64,000 nt of DNA from Gammaproteobacteria bacterium (lineage in GTDB: Bacteria > Pseudomonadota > Gammaproteobacteria > Pseudomonadales > Azotimanducaceae), in assembly GCA_021773565.1 (NCBI GenBank), contig JAJFJZ010000019.1:59333-123332 (forward strand), given 5' to 3'. This document shows, in pieces, positions 20,341 through 31,029 of this stretch. The notes beneath the pieces are model-generated. The model was not told where the DNA came from, did not search any database, and saw only the letters and a list, made by a program, of their open reading frames with translations. A program made the translations under genes and the position numbers. The stretch's first letter is position 1. The number at the start of each line of letters is the position of its first letter.

Positions 20341-22434
20341 TTATCCGGCTGTTTCTATATCTTTGGTTAATCCAAGCGCCACAGAAACCTGAAGTCTTCT
20401 GAGCCTTTTACGTAACAAGGCCAATTGGGTACTCGACACGTTACGTGAATTGTATAGTAGTTGATCCAACTGTTCGATGAGTGATGACCGTCTCGCGTCA
20501 ATACGTGCAACAAACTGCGCCGGAGACTCATTTGATTGCCGTACAAATCCAAACCGTTCAACGCCCTTGCTGAACTTGAGAAATATTCTCAGAACAGGAT
20601 GCAGACGAACTTTACGGCGGCGCCAGAAAAGTGCTATTACGACGAGGGCCATACTCAATGCTACCCCGATGAGCAAGACTATGGCGATTTTTCCCGGTGT
20701 TACATTTCCCAGAATTTTTTTCAGGTATGCAGCCTGAACATTTGGATCGTAACCCACCACCCATAAATTCCATCGGTGGCCGACGGAATCGAACATGTAA
20801 ATCAGGTCTGCCATTCCAGCGAAATTTGACAGACGCGCGTTGGTTAAAACCGAGAACATACCAAGATCTTCTGAAGACAGAGCTGCGTCCAGTCCCCTTT
20901 CAATGCGTTCAGGTGCCACTGCGTTGGTTGGATCATAGCGCACCCAGCCCCTGCCCTTGATCCAGACTTCGGTCCACGCGTGGGCATCCATTTGCCGTAC
21001 CACCAAAAACTGTCCTACCGGATTCAAATCTCCGCCCTGGTATCCGCCTACCATCCGGGCCGGGATGCCAGCTGCTCGCATCATATAGACGAAGGCACCC
21101 GCATAGTGACTGCAAAAACCGGCTTGTGTCTCAAACCAGAAGGCATCAATGCTATTACTCCTGGGTAATCCCGGGGGTGCCAGGGTGTAACGATACGCTC
21201 CAGTGCCAATCTGTAGCATGATCCTGCGGGCAAAATCCTCAACGCTATTTGATTCCGCAAACAGACCTTGCGCGAACTGAACGGTCCGCGGATTGTCCTC
21301 GAGCGGTAAGCGGGTTTCCCGCGTTCGAATCCAGTCCGGCAGCTCCCTATCCGGTACCAGTTCGGAATAGGAATGCACCTTGTATCGCATCAGCGCGCTT
21401 ACAGGCTCTCTTGACATCAATCGAAAATCCCGGGTTAGACCGATATTATTACTTTGAGAACCGGCTTCAACACTTTCTGTTATTGTTGGAACCTGCAAAC
21501 CGAAGAGCCAACTGGACTGGGTTGGTTGCAATAGAATTTCATAGGCAAGCGGTTTTACACCGCCGCTTACGGTAGCCTCTGTTCTGGCGTTTTCAAGCTC
21601 GGGCAAAAACTCCGGTACCCTGGTCCCCCACGAGATTTGGGATGATGTTCGCAATATCGATTGCCGCTGTCCTGGCGGCGGCGATGCCTGGGTCCAGGAA
21701 CCATTTTCAAAATTGGAATACACCAGGCCTCTCCAGTACAACTGTGAAGGCGCTGGAATCTGTGACTCAAATTCTACCCGAAACGCAATTTCTTGTGACT
21801 GCGATAGTTTCGCAATATCGCCGGGCGTGACGCGATCGCTAATTCCTGTTTTAGCACCTCCCGGTAAGGGGATAGACCATAAGGGTGCAATGCGCGGAAA
21901 AAATAAAAACAGTACCAGCATCAGGGGCAGTGCCTGCAATATAAGGGCTGACGCAAGTTTAAATGAACCCATTGGGCGAACCCGTGCGTGCATCTGGTTC
22001 ATTCCCACCATCGATGCAGTAACCACAACGGCTGCCACCAATTCATATGCTGCCATCGAAATACTCTGGGAAAACAGAAATTCTGTTGCAATAATAAAAT
22101 AGCCCAGATACATGACGAGGTATGCATCCCGTCTACCTTTCATTTCCACCAGTTTCAAGGCAAAAGCCAGTATGAGTAAACTGGTAGCAGTTTCCAGACT
22201 GAAGGCGCTGGATCCACTTAAGGCAACAGCAGCTACAGAGCCGAGTACTAACATGGCCTTGAGCCAGCGTCGTGGATAGTCCCAACGACCCTGAAACACC
22301 ATCCATCGCCAAATTCCGCATACCACGCAGACTGCCATAATCCAGGGAGAGAGTTGTTGTGAATGCGGCAGCACTACCATTGCCTGGGCAATCATCAGCA
22401 AGGCCAGTGCATTTCTTGGAATCTGGATTTCCAC
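20341..22434 (-). CDS. tgpA: transglutaminase-like membrane protein, TgpA family (DUF3488 - transglutaminase core - DUF4129)
   Basis: Multi-TM N-terminal half. Cys-His-Asp core elements GFCSHYAGAFVYMMRAAGIPARMV, DAHAWTEVW and RYDPT, with a C-terminal TM. The start is uncertain: GTG 22434 aligns with the P. aeruginosa TgpA N-terminus (IPR...LL.AQ..V.LPH), while the track ORF starts at ATG 22569, overlapping the DUF58 gene. Confidence 0.8.
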   Translation of the reverse strand: MEIQIPRNALALLMIAQAMVVLPHSQQLSPWIMAVCVVCGIWRWMVFQGRWDYPRRWLKAMLVLGSVAAVALSGSSAFSLETATSLLILAFALKLVEMKGRRDAYLVMYLGYFIIATEFLFSQSISMAAYELVAAVVVTASMVGMNQMHARVRPMGSFKLASALILQALPLMLVLFLFFPRIAPLWSIPLPGGAKTGISDRVTPGDIAKLSQSQEIAFRVEFESQIPAPSQLYWRGLVYSNFENGSWTQASPPPGQRQSILRTSSQISWGTRVPEFLPELENARTEATVSGGVKPLAYEILLQPTQSSWLFGLQVPTITESVEAGSQSNNIGLTRDFRLMSREPVSALMRYKVHSYSELVPDRELPDWIRTRETRLPLEDNPRTVQFAQGLFAESNSVEDFARRIMLQIGTGAYRYTLAPPGLPRSNSIDAFWFETQAGFCSHYAGAFVYMMRAAGIPARMVGGYQGGDLNPVGQFLVVRQMDAHAWTEVWIKGRGWVRYDPTNAVAPERIERGLDAALSSEDLGMFSVLTNARLSNFAGMADLIYMFDSVGHRWNLWVVGYDPNVQAAYLKKILGNVTPGKIAIVLLIGVALSMALVVIALFWRRRKVRLHPVLRIFLKFSKGVERFGFVRQSNESPAQFVARIDARRSSLIEQLDQLLYNSRNVSSTQLALLRKRLRRLQVSVALGLTKDIETAG

Positions 22435-22481
22435 CCCACCCCTGGATGAAGGGTTTGATTCAAAATCTTTTGGGTACAGGC

Positions 22482-23471
22482 TCAATTTTCTGTACCAGCA
22501 GCTGGAACTTCCAGTAAACCGTACAAGGCGAGTGCTTTTAAAACTGTTTGCAAATGGTTTGCACCACATGCAGGAGATAGTTGTGTGCCGGGAATTTCAA
22601 GCCCATAGTCTCTCTGGCTACGAGCAGCATCCAGCGCAAGCCCGGTTAGCCTGCTAAGGCGTTCTTCGGTAAGACCCGGCACAGCACTCCAGTCGAGTAT
22701 GAATCGTGGATCAAGAAAACTCCCGTATTGCTTGATAACAGGTTTGCCCGTGCGCGCATAACTCTTCCAGATTATGTGTTTTACAGGGTCGCCGGCCTGG
22801 TATTCCCGTACGTCTCGAAAGTCATCGCTTCCAAGTGGGTCCACAAGCGCGCCATTATCTTTTTGAGTGGTACTTTCCAGTGGTGACTCACCATAGATTG
22901 GTCTGGGGTAAATTAGAGCCACCGCGGTAAGGTCCACCCAGGTCCATGCTCTCAGCAAACCGAGCGGGTAGTAAGTTTCGATTAGCATGCGACCGGGATT
23001 GAACCAGCCCCGTTGGTCTGCCTTTACAAAGAGCTTTATTGTGCAGGCTTCCTTTTCCTGAATATCTACCCATTGTTTAATAGTGTCTGGCCATGCAACA
23101 CTAATACCCTCGCGCCCGACGCCAGTCGATCGCGACACTCTTATCTCAAATTCAATATCTTCCCCAACAAATCCACCAGGGGAACCAATAAATTCGATTT
23201 GAACTCCGGAAAGATTTCTAAATGTATGCAGAATGGTAACCAGAAAGAGGCTCCCCAATAGAAAGGCAACACCATAAATAAGGCTGCTCTGATAATTTAT
23301 AGCGCCGAGTATAAGTAAAACAATGAGCGCGCCAAAAGCTATCCCCTGAGATGTTGGGAAAATGAATATGCTGTCCTGGCTAAGTGTAATCTGGGAAGAT
23401 GGCGGTATTCGTCGTTCCAACCAGCCACCGAAGCGCTTCTGAACGAAGCCACCTGGAAATTGTGTAGACAC
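22482..23471 (-). CDS. DUF58 domain-containing membrane protein (MoxR-associated)
   Basis: Two N-terminal TM helices, then the DUF58 signature REYQAGDPVKHIIWKSYARTGKPVIKQY. It sits 2 nt after moxR. Confidence 0.8.
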   Translation of the reverse strand: MSTQFPGGFVQKRFGGWLERRIPPSSQITLSQDSIFIFPTSQGIAFGALIVLLILGAINYQSSLIYGVAFLLGSLFLVTILHTFRNLSGVQIEFIGSPGGFVGEDIEFEIRVSRSTGVGREGISVAWPDTIKQWVDIQEKEACTIKLFVKADQRGWFNPGRMLIETYYPLGLLRAWTWVDLTAVALIYPRPIYGESPLESTTQKDNGALVDPLGSDDFRDVREYQAGDPVKHIIWKSYARTGKPVIKQYGSFLDPRFILDWSAVPGLTEERLSRLTGLALDAARSQRDYGLEIPGTQLSPACGANHLQTVLKALALYGLLEVPAAGTEN

Positions 23472-23473
23472 TA

Positions 23474-24457
23474 TTAGCCAACCACGTCGACACGGGCTAA
23501 CAGGCGCTGTGACAAAGCACCACCACTGTGACCAGAATGATCTGCGGCGGAGCGCAATCGATGCTCAACCACACTGGGTAAAACGGCTTGCACATCTTCT
23601 GGCACAACGTGAGAGCGATCATGTATCAGCGCCCATGCGCGTGCCGCCCGCAACAGGGCCAGTGAACCCCTGGGGGAAAGGCCCAACGAAAACTCGCGCT
23701 CTCGCCGCGTAAACTGAACCAGCCGTTGAATATAGTCTACAAGTGGATCAGTCACTTTGATTTTCTGAACCGCCTGCCAGGTATCTTTTAACCAGTCTGT
23801 ATCTACGATGGAATCCAGTGAATTAGCCTGTTCCCTTCGATCCCCTCCCATTAGCAGCGCACGTTCTGCATCCGGATCCGGATATCCCAGGTGAATTCGC
23901 ATCAAAAATCGGTCCAGCTGAGACTCAGGAAGCGGAAAAGTTCCGATCTGGCTTTCCGGGTTCTGTGTGGCGATTACGAAAAATGGGGAAGGTAAGCTAC
24001 GAGTCTCACCCTCAATACTGACCTGATACTCCTCCATAGCCTCCAGCAAAGCGCTCTGGCTCTTGGGAGTAGCACGATTTATTTCATCTGCAAGTACCAG
24101 CTGCGCAAATACCGGACCTTCAACAAAGCGAAATGAACTGTCTTCCTTGTCAAATATACTCATGCCGAGAATATCTGAAGGCAACATGTCACTGGTGAAC
24201 TGAATTCGGTTGAAGCTCAGACCCAATACCCTTGCCAGAGCATGCGAAAGTAATGTTTTTCCCATTCCGGGCTGATCTTCAATCAACAGGTGCCCATTGG
24301 CAAACAGGCAACAAAGTGCCAGTTTGATTTGTTCTTCCTTACCCAACAGAACTTCGTTCAAACGGCTGACAACGTTATTGATCACGCTATGGCGTGTTCC
24401 TTCAGGCCTGATTGTGGAGCTCGATGACTGTGTGATCGCTACTGTATTCTGTGTCAC
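23474..24457 (-). CDS. moxR: MoxR-family AAA+ ATPase
   Basis: AAA_3 / MoxR-type motifs: Walker A EDQPGMGKT, Walker B VLADEINRA, and ATQNP. The annotated ATG overlaps the purF 3' end by 56 nt; an internal GTG at 24385 is an alternative start. Confidence 0.9.
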   Translation of the reverse strand: MTQNTVAITQSSSSTIRPEGTRHSVINNVVSRLNEVLLGKEEQIKLALCCLFANGHLLIEDQPGMGKTLLSHALARVLGLSFNRIQFTSDMLPSDILGMSIFDKEDSSFRFVEGPVFAQLVLADEINRATPKSQSALLEAMEEYQVSIEGETRSLPSPFFVIATQNPESQIGTFPLPESQLDRFLMRIHLGYPDPDAERALLMGGDRREQANSLDSIVDTDWLKDTWQAVQKIKVTDPLVDYIQRLVQFTRREREFSLGLSPRGSLALLRAARAWALIHDRSHVVPEDVQAVLPSVVEHRLRSAADHSGHSGGALSQRLLARVDVVG

Positions 24458-25928
24458 TGTTTTGTTTATCTGTATCCGTACGCACTAACGATAGCCTCTT
24501 TAAATAGTTCGCGTCTATGTCACCCGTCACGTAACGCCCATCAAATACCGAACATTCGTAATCGGTGATTGTGTCATTACCCTCAATGGCACATTGCTTC
24601 AGATCGTCCAGGGTCTGAAATACCAGCCAATCCGCCCCAATAACTTGTGCAATCTCTTCCGGGGCGCGATTGTTGGCAATAAATTCAGTAGTTGTAGGCA
24701 TATCAATACCATATACGTTTGGAAAACGAACCGGTGGTGCTGCCGAAGCCACATAAACGCGTTTTGCGCCCGCATCCCTCACCATCTGGATAATTTCCCG
24801 GATTGTGGTACCCCTCACAATAGAATCGTCGACCAGCAACACATTTTTACCCTTAAACTCCAGCTCTATGAGGTTCAATTTTTGTCGGACAGACTTTTTA
24901 CGTTGATTCGCACCTGGCATTATGAAGGTTCTCGCGATGTATCGGTTTTTAACAAAACCCTCGCGGTACTTGACGTCCAGTCGATGCGCCAGAGGTAACG
25001 ACGCTGTGCGTCCGGTAGTGGGTATAGGAATAACTACGTCGATGTCATGATCGTGGGCAGAATAGCGGCTGACAATCTGGTCAGCCAGTTTTTCACCCAT
25101 TCTCAACCGTGCCTTGTAGATAGACACCTGATCCATGATCGAATCCGGACGTGCAAAATATACGTGTTCAAAAATACAGGGCGTATGCTCGCGCTGCACG
25201 CCACAAATGCGACTATGCAGCTCTCCCTGAGAATTAATAAAAATCGCCTCGCCAGGTGCCACGTCTCTCACCAGTTCAAAGTCCAGCAGATTGAGCGCGG
25301 CACTCTCGGATGCCAGCATGTATTCCCAGCCCTGGTCTGTTTCCCGTTTACCATAAACAAGTGGACGAATACCGTGCACATCACGAAAACCAATCATGCC
25401 ACTACCAAGCACGAGGGCCACTACAGCGTAAGCCCCAAGACAGCGGGTATGCAGGCGATCTATCGCCATAAAAATATCATCAGGGCTTGGCTGGTAGGCT
25501 TTTATGCGATGTAGTTCGCTGGCAAAGATATTCAATAAAACTTCTGAATCCGACTCGGTATTAATGTGCCGTAAATCATCCCTGAATAGTTCAGATTTCA
25601 GTTGCTCGGCGTTCGTCAGGTTACCGTTATGTGCCAGCGTTATTCCATAAGGCGAGTTGACGTACATGGGTTGTGCTTGCGCAGAACTGGAAGATCCCGC
25701 GGTTGGATAACGTACGTGGCCAATGCCCATATTCCCGCTTAATCGGTTCATATGATGTTGCCGAAATACATCAGCGACCAAACCATTACCCTTGCGCATG
25801 TACAGTTCATCGCCGTTACAGGTAACAATACCCGCAGCATCCTGTCCCCTGTGCTGCAGCGCAATTAATGCGTCATATAATTGCTGCTTGACTGCGTTCC
25901 TGGCAACGATACCAACAACCCCGCACAT
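24402..25928 (-). CDS. purF: amidophosphoribosyltransferase
   Basis: N-terminal nucleophile MCGVVGI, and a PRTase motif VLLVDDSIVRGTT. 508 aa, colinear with E. coli PurF to the C-terminus. Confidence 0.97.
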   Translation of the reverse strand: MCGVVGIVARNAVKQQLYDALIALQHRGQDAAGIVTCNGDELYMRKGNGLVADVFRQHHMNRLSGNMGIGHVRYPTAGSSSSAQAQPMYVNSPYGITLAHNGNLTNAEQLKSELFRDDLRHINTESDSEVLLNIFASELHRIKAYQPSPDDIFMAIDRLHTRCLGAYAVVALVLGSGMIGFRDVHGIRPLVYGKRETDQGWEYMLASESAALNLLDFELVRDVAPGEAIFINSQGELHSRICGVQREHTPCIFEHVYFARPDSIMDQVSIYKARLRMGEKLADQIVSRYSAHDHDIDVVIPIPTTGRTASLPLAHRLDVKYREGFVKNRYIARTFIMPGANQRKKSVRQKLNLIELEFKGKNVLLVDDSIVRGTTIREIIQMVRDAGAKRVYVASAAPPVRFPNVYGIDMPTTTEFIANNRAPEEIAQVIGADWLVFQTLDDLKQCAIEGNDTITDYECSVFDGRYVTGDIDANYLKRLSLVRTDTDKQNSDTEYSSDHTVIELHNQA

Positions 25929-25987
25929 GCGCTCTCTCCTCTCTAGCTAGATGAACTCCACAAGACCTGATTTTTAAAATAGCCCTG

Positions 25988-26491
25988 TTAGATCTCGTTA
26001 CTCAAATCAGTTACTACACCGCCCAGATAATTCAAAAACCCGACAACATCCGATTCAAATGCTATCAATTGGGGTACAAGAGTCGAGGTTTGCCACCAGC
26101 TTGCGTCTTGTGCAAATGGCCGTACGACAATCAAAATGACTATACACAACAGTACGCCCCTGATACTGCCAAACAAAAAACCCAGTAACCGGTCCGTGCC
26201 GGACAAACCTGTTGTCTCTATAAGCTTTGCCAGCACCCATTGCACCATGGCACCGGCTATGAGCGCGGAAATAAATATTGCAGCAAATGCCAGTATCATC
26301 CTTACGGAGGTATTTTCTATCCGGCCTGACAACAGTTCGCTCACTTGCTGTGCAAACAACAAGGCAACCACAAATGCTGCAATCCAGATGATGAGGGAGA
26401 GTACTTCCTTAACAAGGCCCCGGAATAAACCAATGAGCGCCGAAAGTAACAAAAGCAAACATATTACAATGTCGGGTGAGGTCATTTGCAC
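25988..26491 (-). CDS. cvpA: colicin V production protein CvpA
   Basis: 167-aa, four-TM protein in the conserved dedD-cvpA-purF position. Confidence 0.85.
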   Translation of the reverse strand: MQMTSPDIVICLLLLLSALIGLFRGLVKEVLSLIIWIAAFVVALLFAQQVSELLSGRIENTSVRMILAFAAIFISALIAGAMVQWVLAKLIETTGLSGTDRLLGFLFGSIRGVLLCIVILIVVRPFAQDASWWQTSTLVPQLIAFESDVVGFLNYLGGVVTDLSNEI

Positions 26492-26515
26492 TCTACAGAC
26501 ACAATCATTGATATC

Positions 26516-27040
26516 TCAATAGCCAAGTTTAACCACTATAGCCTCATGGTAAGTACTTGATAATTGCTTGCGCAGTTTTATCGCATCACTTTCTCTTATA
26601 AGCGGCCCAATTGCTACTCGGGTTATTGTGCCACTGCTATTGTTAGCTCTGGAAAGCACGACATTATAATCTGCCTCTTCCAGCTTTTGTTTTAACTTCC
26701 GGGCATTTTGTTCGGAATTAAAACTTCCAAGTTGCACAGCCCAGGTGGTGTTTGAATCTGCGTTCTGCTCCGAGGTCTGTACGGACGGAATTACGGATTC
26801 TCCGATCAGGCCTGATTTTTGGCGCTCTGAAACTTTGTCTTTCAGCGCATCTGCTTCTGCAAAAGACTCTACACTAATACTCTTTGGGGGTTCTTTTGAA
26901 ACAACTTCAGGCGCCGCGGTTAGCTCCGGCAGGGTCAGCGGTTTTACGCCTGCTCCGTCGAACAACATGGGTAAAAATATAACAGCCAACGCCAGAACAA
27001 AAAGGGAACCCGTAATCCGATAGCGGCTTTGTTCGTTCAT
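26516..27040 (-). CDS. dedD: SPOR-domain cell-division protein (DedD-like)
   Basis: N-terminal TM anchor, a low-complexity linker, and a C-terminal SPOR fold (WAVQLGSFNSEQNARKLKQKL...). It lies between folC and cvpA. Confidence 0.7.
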   Translation of the reverse strand: MNEQSRYRITGSLFVLALAVIFLPMLFDGAGVKPLTLPELTAAPEVVSKEPPKSISVESFAEADALKDKVSERQKSGLIGESVIPSVQTSEQNADSNTTWAVQLGSFNSEQNARKLKQKLEEADYNVVLSRANNSSGTITRVAIGPLIRESDAIKLRKQLSSTYHEAIVVKLGY

Positions 27041-28344
27041 TACCTGGGGAAGCTCTGATTAATTATATCGTGCGTCTTTTGAACCACGTCGAAGGAACCC
27101 ATTATAACAACTCGATTGGGCAACTGAGTAGCATTTAGATAATAATTTAGAGCTTCTTTTACATTCTTCATGCTGATTATCGAGGAACGGCTAGCTGGTA
27201 ACTGATTCAGGGCTAACTCTGCTGATTTTGCACCCGATTGCGCTCTGCCAGGGTGACCTGTAAAACCAGCGTCCACAAAAACCCACTCTTCAACAAGTTC
27301 ACTCATCATCTGAACAATTCCACCGACGTCCTTACCCGCCAGAAAACCGGCAATTCCCACTATTGGTTTGGACATCTCATCGCTTTTCATTTGTTGCAGT
27401 AAAAATTCCGCAGCGTGCGGATTATGCGCAACGTCTATTAACAAATTGAGGCCATGATAGATCGCGTGTTCGAAACGGCCGGGCATCGAAACTGTCGTAC
27501 ATGCGTGGGCTACAACTTCCTGCGTAAGGGGTATCAATTGAAGTGTTGCTTCAATAGCTGTTGAAGCATTTGTTGTGGATATGGACGGCAACGGTAAATC
27601 CCTGAATGCCTCTCCTGTCTGACTGTCAAAATTCCATGCTGAATTTGGGGGTGCTATTACCCGATGACTGTACGCCACCGTGTTTTGATGCAATATCGCG
27701 CCTTTTTTTTCAGCGCATTTTTCAATATTTTTTGGCATATTGGCTTCCCCGTAAACGCATACGACGTTTTGCCTCATGATGCCGGCTTTTTCTATAGCAA
27801 TGGATTCTCTATCACTACCCAGAAATTCTTCGTGGTCGATACCAATACTCGTAATTACGGAAACATCGGGATCAACAATATTGGCGGCGTCAAGGCGCCC
27901 TCCCAGACCCACCTCCAGAACGCACACGTCAAGCCCCTGATTATTGAATACACACAGTGCAGCCAGAAGAGCAAATTCGAAATAAGTGAGATGGGGACTA
28001 TCCCGGGTTTGCAATCTTGCCTGTTCTACTGTTTCAAATGCATCAAAGATAAGTGCATCACTCGCAGCGCTCCCATTTAGTCGGACACGTTCGTTAAAAG
28101 CATGCAGATGGGGCGACAAGGTAGTACCTACCGAATATCCAGCAGCCACAAATAATGCTTCAATAAAAACGCAGGTGGAGCCTTTACCATTTGTTCCAGC
28201 TACAAGTACGCAATGTGTAGCCGGTTTTCTCAGGTTTAACGTATCTGCTACAGAGCCCACTCGTTCAAGGCCCATTTCTATTTTGAATTCAGGTTGTTTC
28301 TTTTCCAGGTAATCAAGCCAGTCGGCCAGACTGTTATGCTTCAT
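27040..28344 (-). CDS. folC: bifunctional folylpolyglutamate synthase / dihydrofolate synthase
   Basis: Mur-ligase P-loop VAGTNGKGST, and 434 aa of FolC architecture. Its ATG overlaps the trpA stop (ATGA). Confidence 0.93.
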   Translation of the reverse strand: MKHNSLADWLDYLEKKQPEFKIEMGLERVGSVADTLNLRKPATHCVLVAGTNGKGSTCVFIEALFVAAGYSVGTTLSPHLHAFNERVRLNGSAASDALIFDAFETVEQARLQTRDSPHLTYFEFALLAALCVFNNQGLDVCVLEVGLGGRLDAANIVDPDVSVITSIGIDHEEFLGSDRESIAIEKAGIMRQNVVCVYGEANMPKNIEKCAEKKGAILHQNTVAYSHRVIAPPNSAWNFDSQTGEAFRDLPLPSISTTNASTAIEATLQLIPLTQEVVAHACTTVSMPGRFEHAIYHGLNLLIDVAHNPHAAEFLLQQMKSDEMSKPIVGIAGFLAGKDVGGIVQMMSELVEEWVFVDAGFTGHPGRAQSGAKSAELALNQLPASRSSIISMKNVKEALNYYLNATQLPNRVVIMGSFDVVQKTHDIINQSFPR

Positions 28345-29159
28345 ACCACCGACGATTCCGGTTCTATTGCGGCCCTTAATTTGGCGGTGAGTTCTGTTAG
28401 ACCAGACAAGATAGATTCTTTACTGGCACCCTCTTCACCCATGATACTGACAAGTGCTGATCCCACCACAACCCCATCAGCGACAACAGAAATATTTTTT
28501 GCTGTTTCGGGATCCTTTATGCCAAAACCCACTTGAACCGGTAGGCTTGAACGCACCTTGATGCGCTCTACATTGCGTTGAACTGAGGACGTATCCAGAT
28601 GGGAAGCACCGGTGGTACCTTTCAGGGAGACGTAATAGATAAAACCGGAAGAAGCAGATGCTATCATTTTCACTCTTTCATCCGTACTGGTTGGCGCAAC
28701 CAGAAATATTAAATCGATACCTGTATTCAGCAATTCTACCCGTAACAAATCTGCTTCTTCTGGTGGCAGGTTCACCATAATTAATCCGTCTACACCGGCT
28801 TCACTGGCGCGTCTTGCAAATGATTCATACCCCATTGTACTAACAGAATTAAGATAACCCATTAACACCAGAGGAGTATGTGTGTTTGAACTTCGAAACA
28901 CCGTTACCATATCCAGCACATCCAGGAGGCTGATGTTGTGCCGCAAGGCGCGTTCTGATGCGGCCTGAATAACAGGACCCTCAGCTTCCGGGTCGGAGAA
29001 CGGAATGCCAAGCTCTAGAATGTCCGAACCGCCCTCTACAAGAGCGTGCAATGCATCCACCGTAATGTCCGGAAACGGATCACCCGCAGTAATAAAAGTG
29101 GTAAGGGCGCAGCGCTTCATTTTGGAGAGATTACTAAAGGTCGGCGAGAGTCTGCTCAC
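28341..29159 (-). CDS. trpA: tryptophan synthase alpha chain
   Basis: [24 protein letters not shown] and GFGI motifs. It overlaps trpB by 4 nt. Confidence 0.95.
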   Translation of the reverse strand: MSRLSPTFSNLSKMKRCALTTFITAGDPFPDITVDALHALVEGGSDILELGIPFSDPEAEGPVIQAASERALRHNISLLDVLDMVTVFRSSNTHTPLVLMGYLNSVSTMGYESFARRASEAGVDGLIMVNLPPEEADLLRVELLNTGIDLIFLVAPTSTDERVKMIASASSGFIYYVSLKGTTGASHLDTSSVQRNVERIKVRSSLPVQVGFGIKDPETAKNISVVADGVVVGSALVSIMGEEGASKESILSGLTELTAKLRAAIEPESSVV

Positions 29160-30358
29160 AATTCTATACCGTCTATGCCTGCAACCGTCATTATGTCTTT
29201 GTCGCCCCGCCCGGAAAGATTGACGATAACTATGTCCTTTGTTGGCATGGCGGGTGCGGCGTCTATGACCCAGGCTACTGCATGGCTGGATTCCAGTGCT
29301 GGTAATATGCCTTCCACACGGGTGAGAAGATGAAATGCTGCCAGTGCCTGGGTGTCGGTAACTGACTCATACTTCACCCGGCCAATGTCCTTCAAATAGG
29401 AATGTTCCGGACCGACACCCGGATAATCGAGCCCTGCAGATATGGAATGTGTCTCGGAAATCTGACCATCAGAATTGGTCATCAAATATGTTCTGTTACC
29501 GTGAAGAACTCCGGCATGCCCATCATTTAGCGGTGCAGCGTGTTTTCCGGTCTCCAGTCCGAGGCCGCCCGCTTCCACACCAACCATACTTACGTCAGGG
29601 TCATTTACGAAGGGATGAAACAAGCCAATTGCGTTCGAACCGCCACCGACACATGCCACCAGCAAATCTGGCAGGCGGCCATTCATTTGTAAACATTGCG
29701 CACGCGCTTCCTGACCAATAACCGATTGAAAGTCTCTTACCATAACCGGATAAGGATGGGGCCCCGCAACCGTGCCTATAATGTAATGAGTATCATCCAC
29801 GTTTGTAGTCCAATCGCGCAAAGCTTCATTCATTGCGTCCTTCAGGGTTTTTGAACCCGACTCAACCGGTATAACTTCGGCACCCAATAACTTCATGCGA
29901 TATACGTTCAGGCTTTGGCGTTTAATATCCTCCGAGCCCATATAGATACAACACTTGAGTCCAAGGCGGGCCGCAACCGTTGCGGTAGCAACTCCATGTT
30001 GACCGGCTCCGGTTTCTGCAATAATGCGCGGTTTTCCCATGCGCTTCGCAATCAGTGCCTGCCCAATGGTATTGTTTACCTTGTGGGCTCCTGTGTGGTT
30101 TAGGTCTTCACGCTTAAGAAATATTTGTGCGCCACCCAGTTTTTCCGTTAATCCCCTGGCAAAGTAAAGTGGCGTTGGCCGGCCTACATATGTTTGTAAA
30201 TCATGCAGAAACTCTCGCCGAAAATCCGCATCCTTGCTTAGCTTGCTGTACAGCGCGTTTAACTCATCCAGAGCGTGAAACAAAGTTTCGGCAACAAAGC
30301 GCCCCCCAAATTCCCCAAAATGACCTCTCGCGTCGGGTTGTGAATACGTTTCATTCAT
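29156..30358 (-). CDS. trpB: tryptophan synthase beta chain
   Basis: PLP-lysine motif [16 protein letters not shown], and GGGSNAIG. 400 aa. Confidence 0.97.
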   Translation of the reverse strand: MNETYSQPDARGHFGEFGGRFVAETLFHALDELNALYSKLSKDADFRREFLHDLQTYVGRPTPLYFARGLTEKLGGAQIFLKREDLNHTGAHKVNNTIGQALIAKRMGKPRIIAETGAGQHGVATATVAARLGLKCCIYMGSEDIKRQSLNVYRMKLLGAEVIPVESGSKTLKDAMNEALRDWTTNVDDTHYIIGTVAGPHPYPVMVRDFQSVIGQEARAQCLQMNGRLPDLLVACVGGGSNAIGLFHPFVNDPDVSMVGVEAGGLGLETGKHAAPLNDGHAGVLHGNRTYLMTNSDGQISETHSISAGLDYPGVGPEHSYLKDIGRVKYESVTDTQALAAFHLLTRVEGILPALESSHAVAWVIDAAPAMPTKDIVIVNLSGRGDKDIMTVAGIDGIEL

Positions 30359-30365
30359 CTGATTG

Positions 30366-30998
30366 CTAACAACTCCTTACTACTTTTATAAATTCCCGAA
30401 TGCGCTCCGGATCCTTGATGCCTTTTACCGTGGCATCCCGTTTCGTATTTAACACTTCCACTCCCCCGCTGACATCAACACCCTGGGGCTTAAGAATTTG
30501 AATACCAGATGCTACATTTGAAGAATCCAGTCCGCCTGACAGAATTAGAGGTTTTTCCGCATTTTTTGGCCAATATTTCCAATCAAACCGTCTACCGCTG
30601 CCGCCCGCCAGTCGCTGGTCAAACGTATCCAGCAAAAAAGCCTTTGCGTTCGGGTATTTTGCTTCCATTTCAAGCATATCAAACGCACCAGCTACGGAAA
30701 TTACCTTGATATATTTGCAATCAAATGACTCGCAGAAAACACCCTGCTCCTGACCATGAAACTGCAAATAATCCAGCTTTACGCGAGCGAGTATATTTTC
30801 GACCTCCGACACTTTGGGATTAACAAAAACGCCAACACGCAGGATCTCACGCGGAATGCTTGAACAAATCTCTTCGAGTTTAGCCACAGGTATTCTCCTG
30901 GGACTGTCAGCCAGAATAAATCCCAGGGCAGTGGCGCCATATTCAATCGCGCATAGAGCGTCTTCCAAACGGGTGATTCCACAAATTTTGATGTGCAC
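30366..30998 (-). CDS. trpF: phosphoribosylanthranilate isomerase
   Basis: [10 protein letters not shown] start and a TIM-barrel TrpF pattern. It sits in the truA-trpF-trpBA context. Confidence 0.92.
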   Translation of the reverse strand: MHIKICGITRLEDALCAIEYGATALGFILADSPRRIPVAKLEEICSSIPREILRVGVFVNPKVSEVENILARVKLDYLQFHGQEQGVFCESFDCKYIKVISVAGAFDMLEMEAKYPNAKAFLLDTFDQRLAGGSGRRFDWKYWPKNAEKPLILSGGLDSSNVASGIQILKPQGVDVSGGVEVLNTKRDATVKGIKDPERIREFIKVVRSC

Positions 30999-31029
30999 TG
31001 CTGATCCTTCTGCCAGGGAGCGCAGTCTA

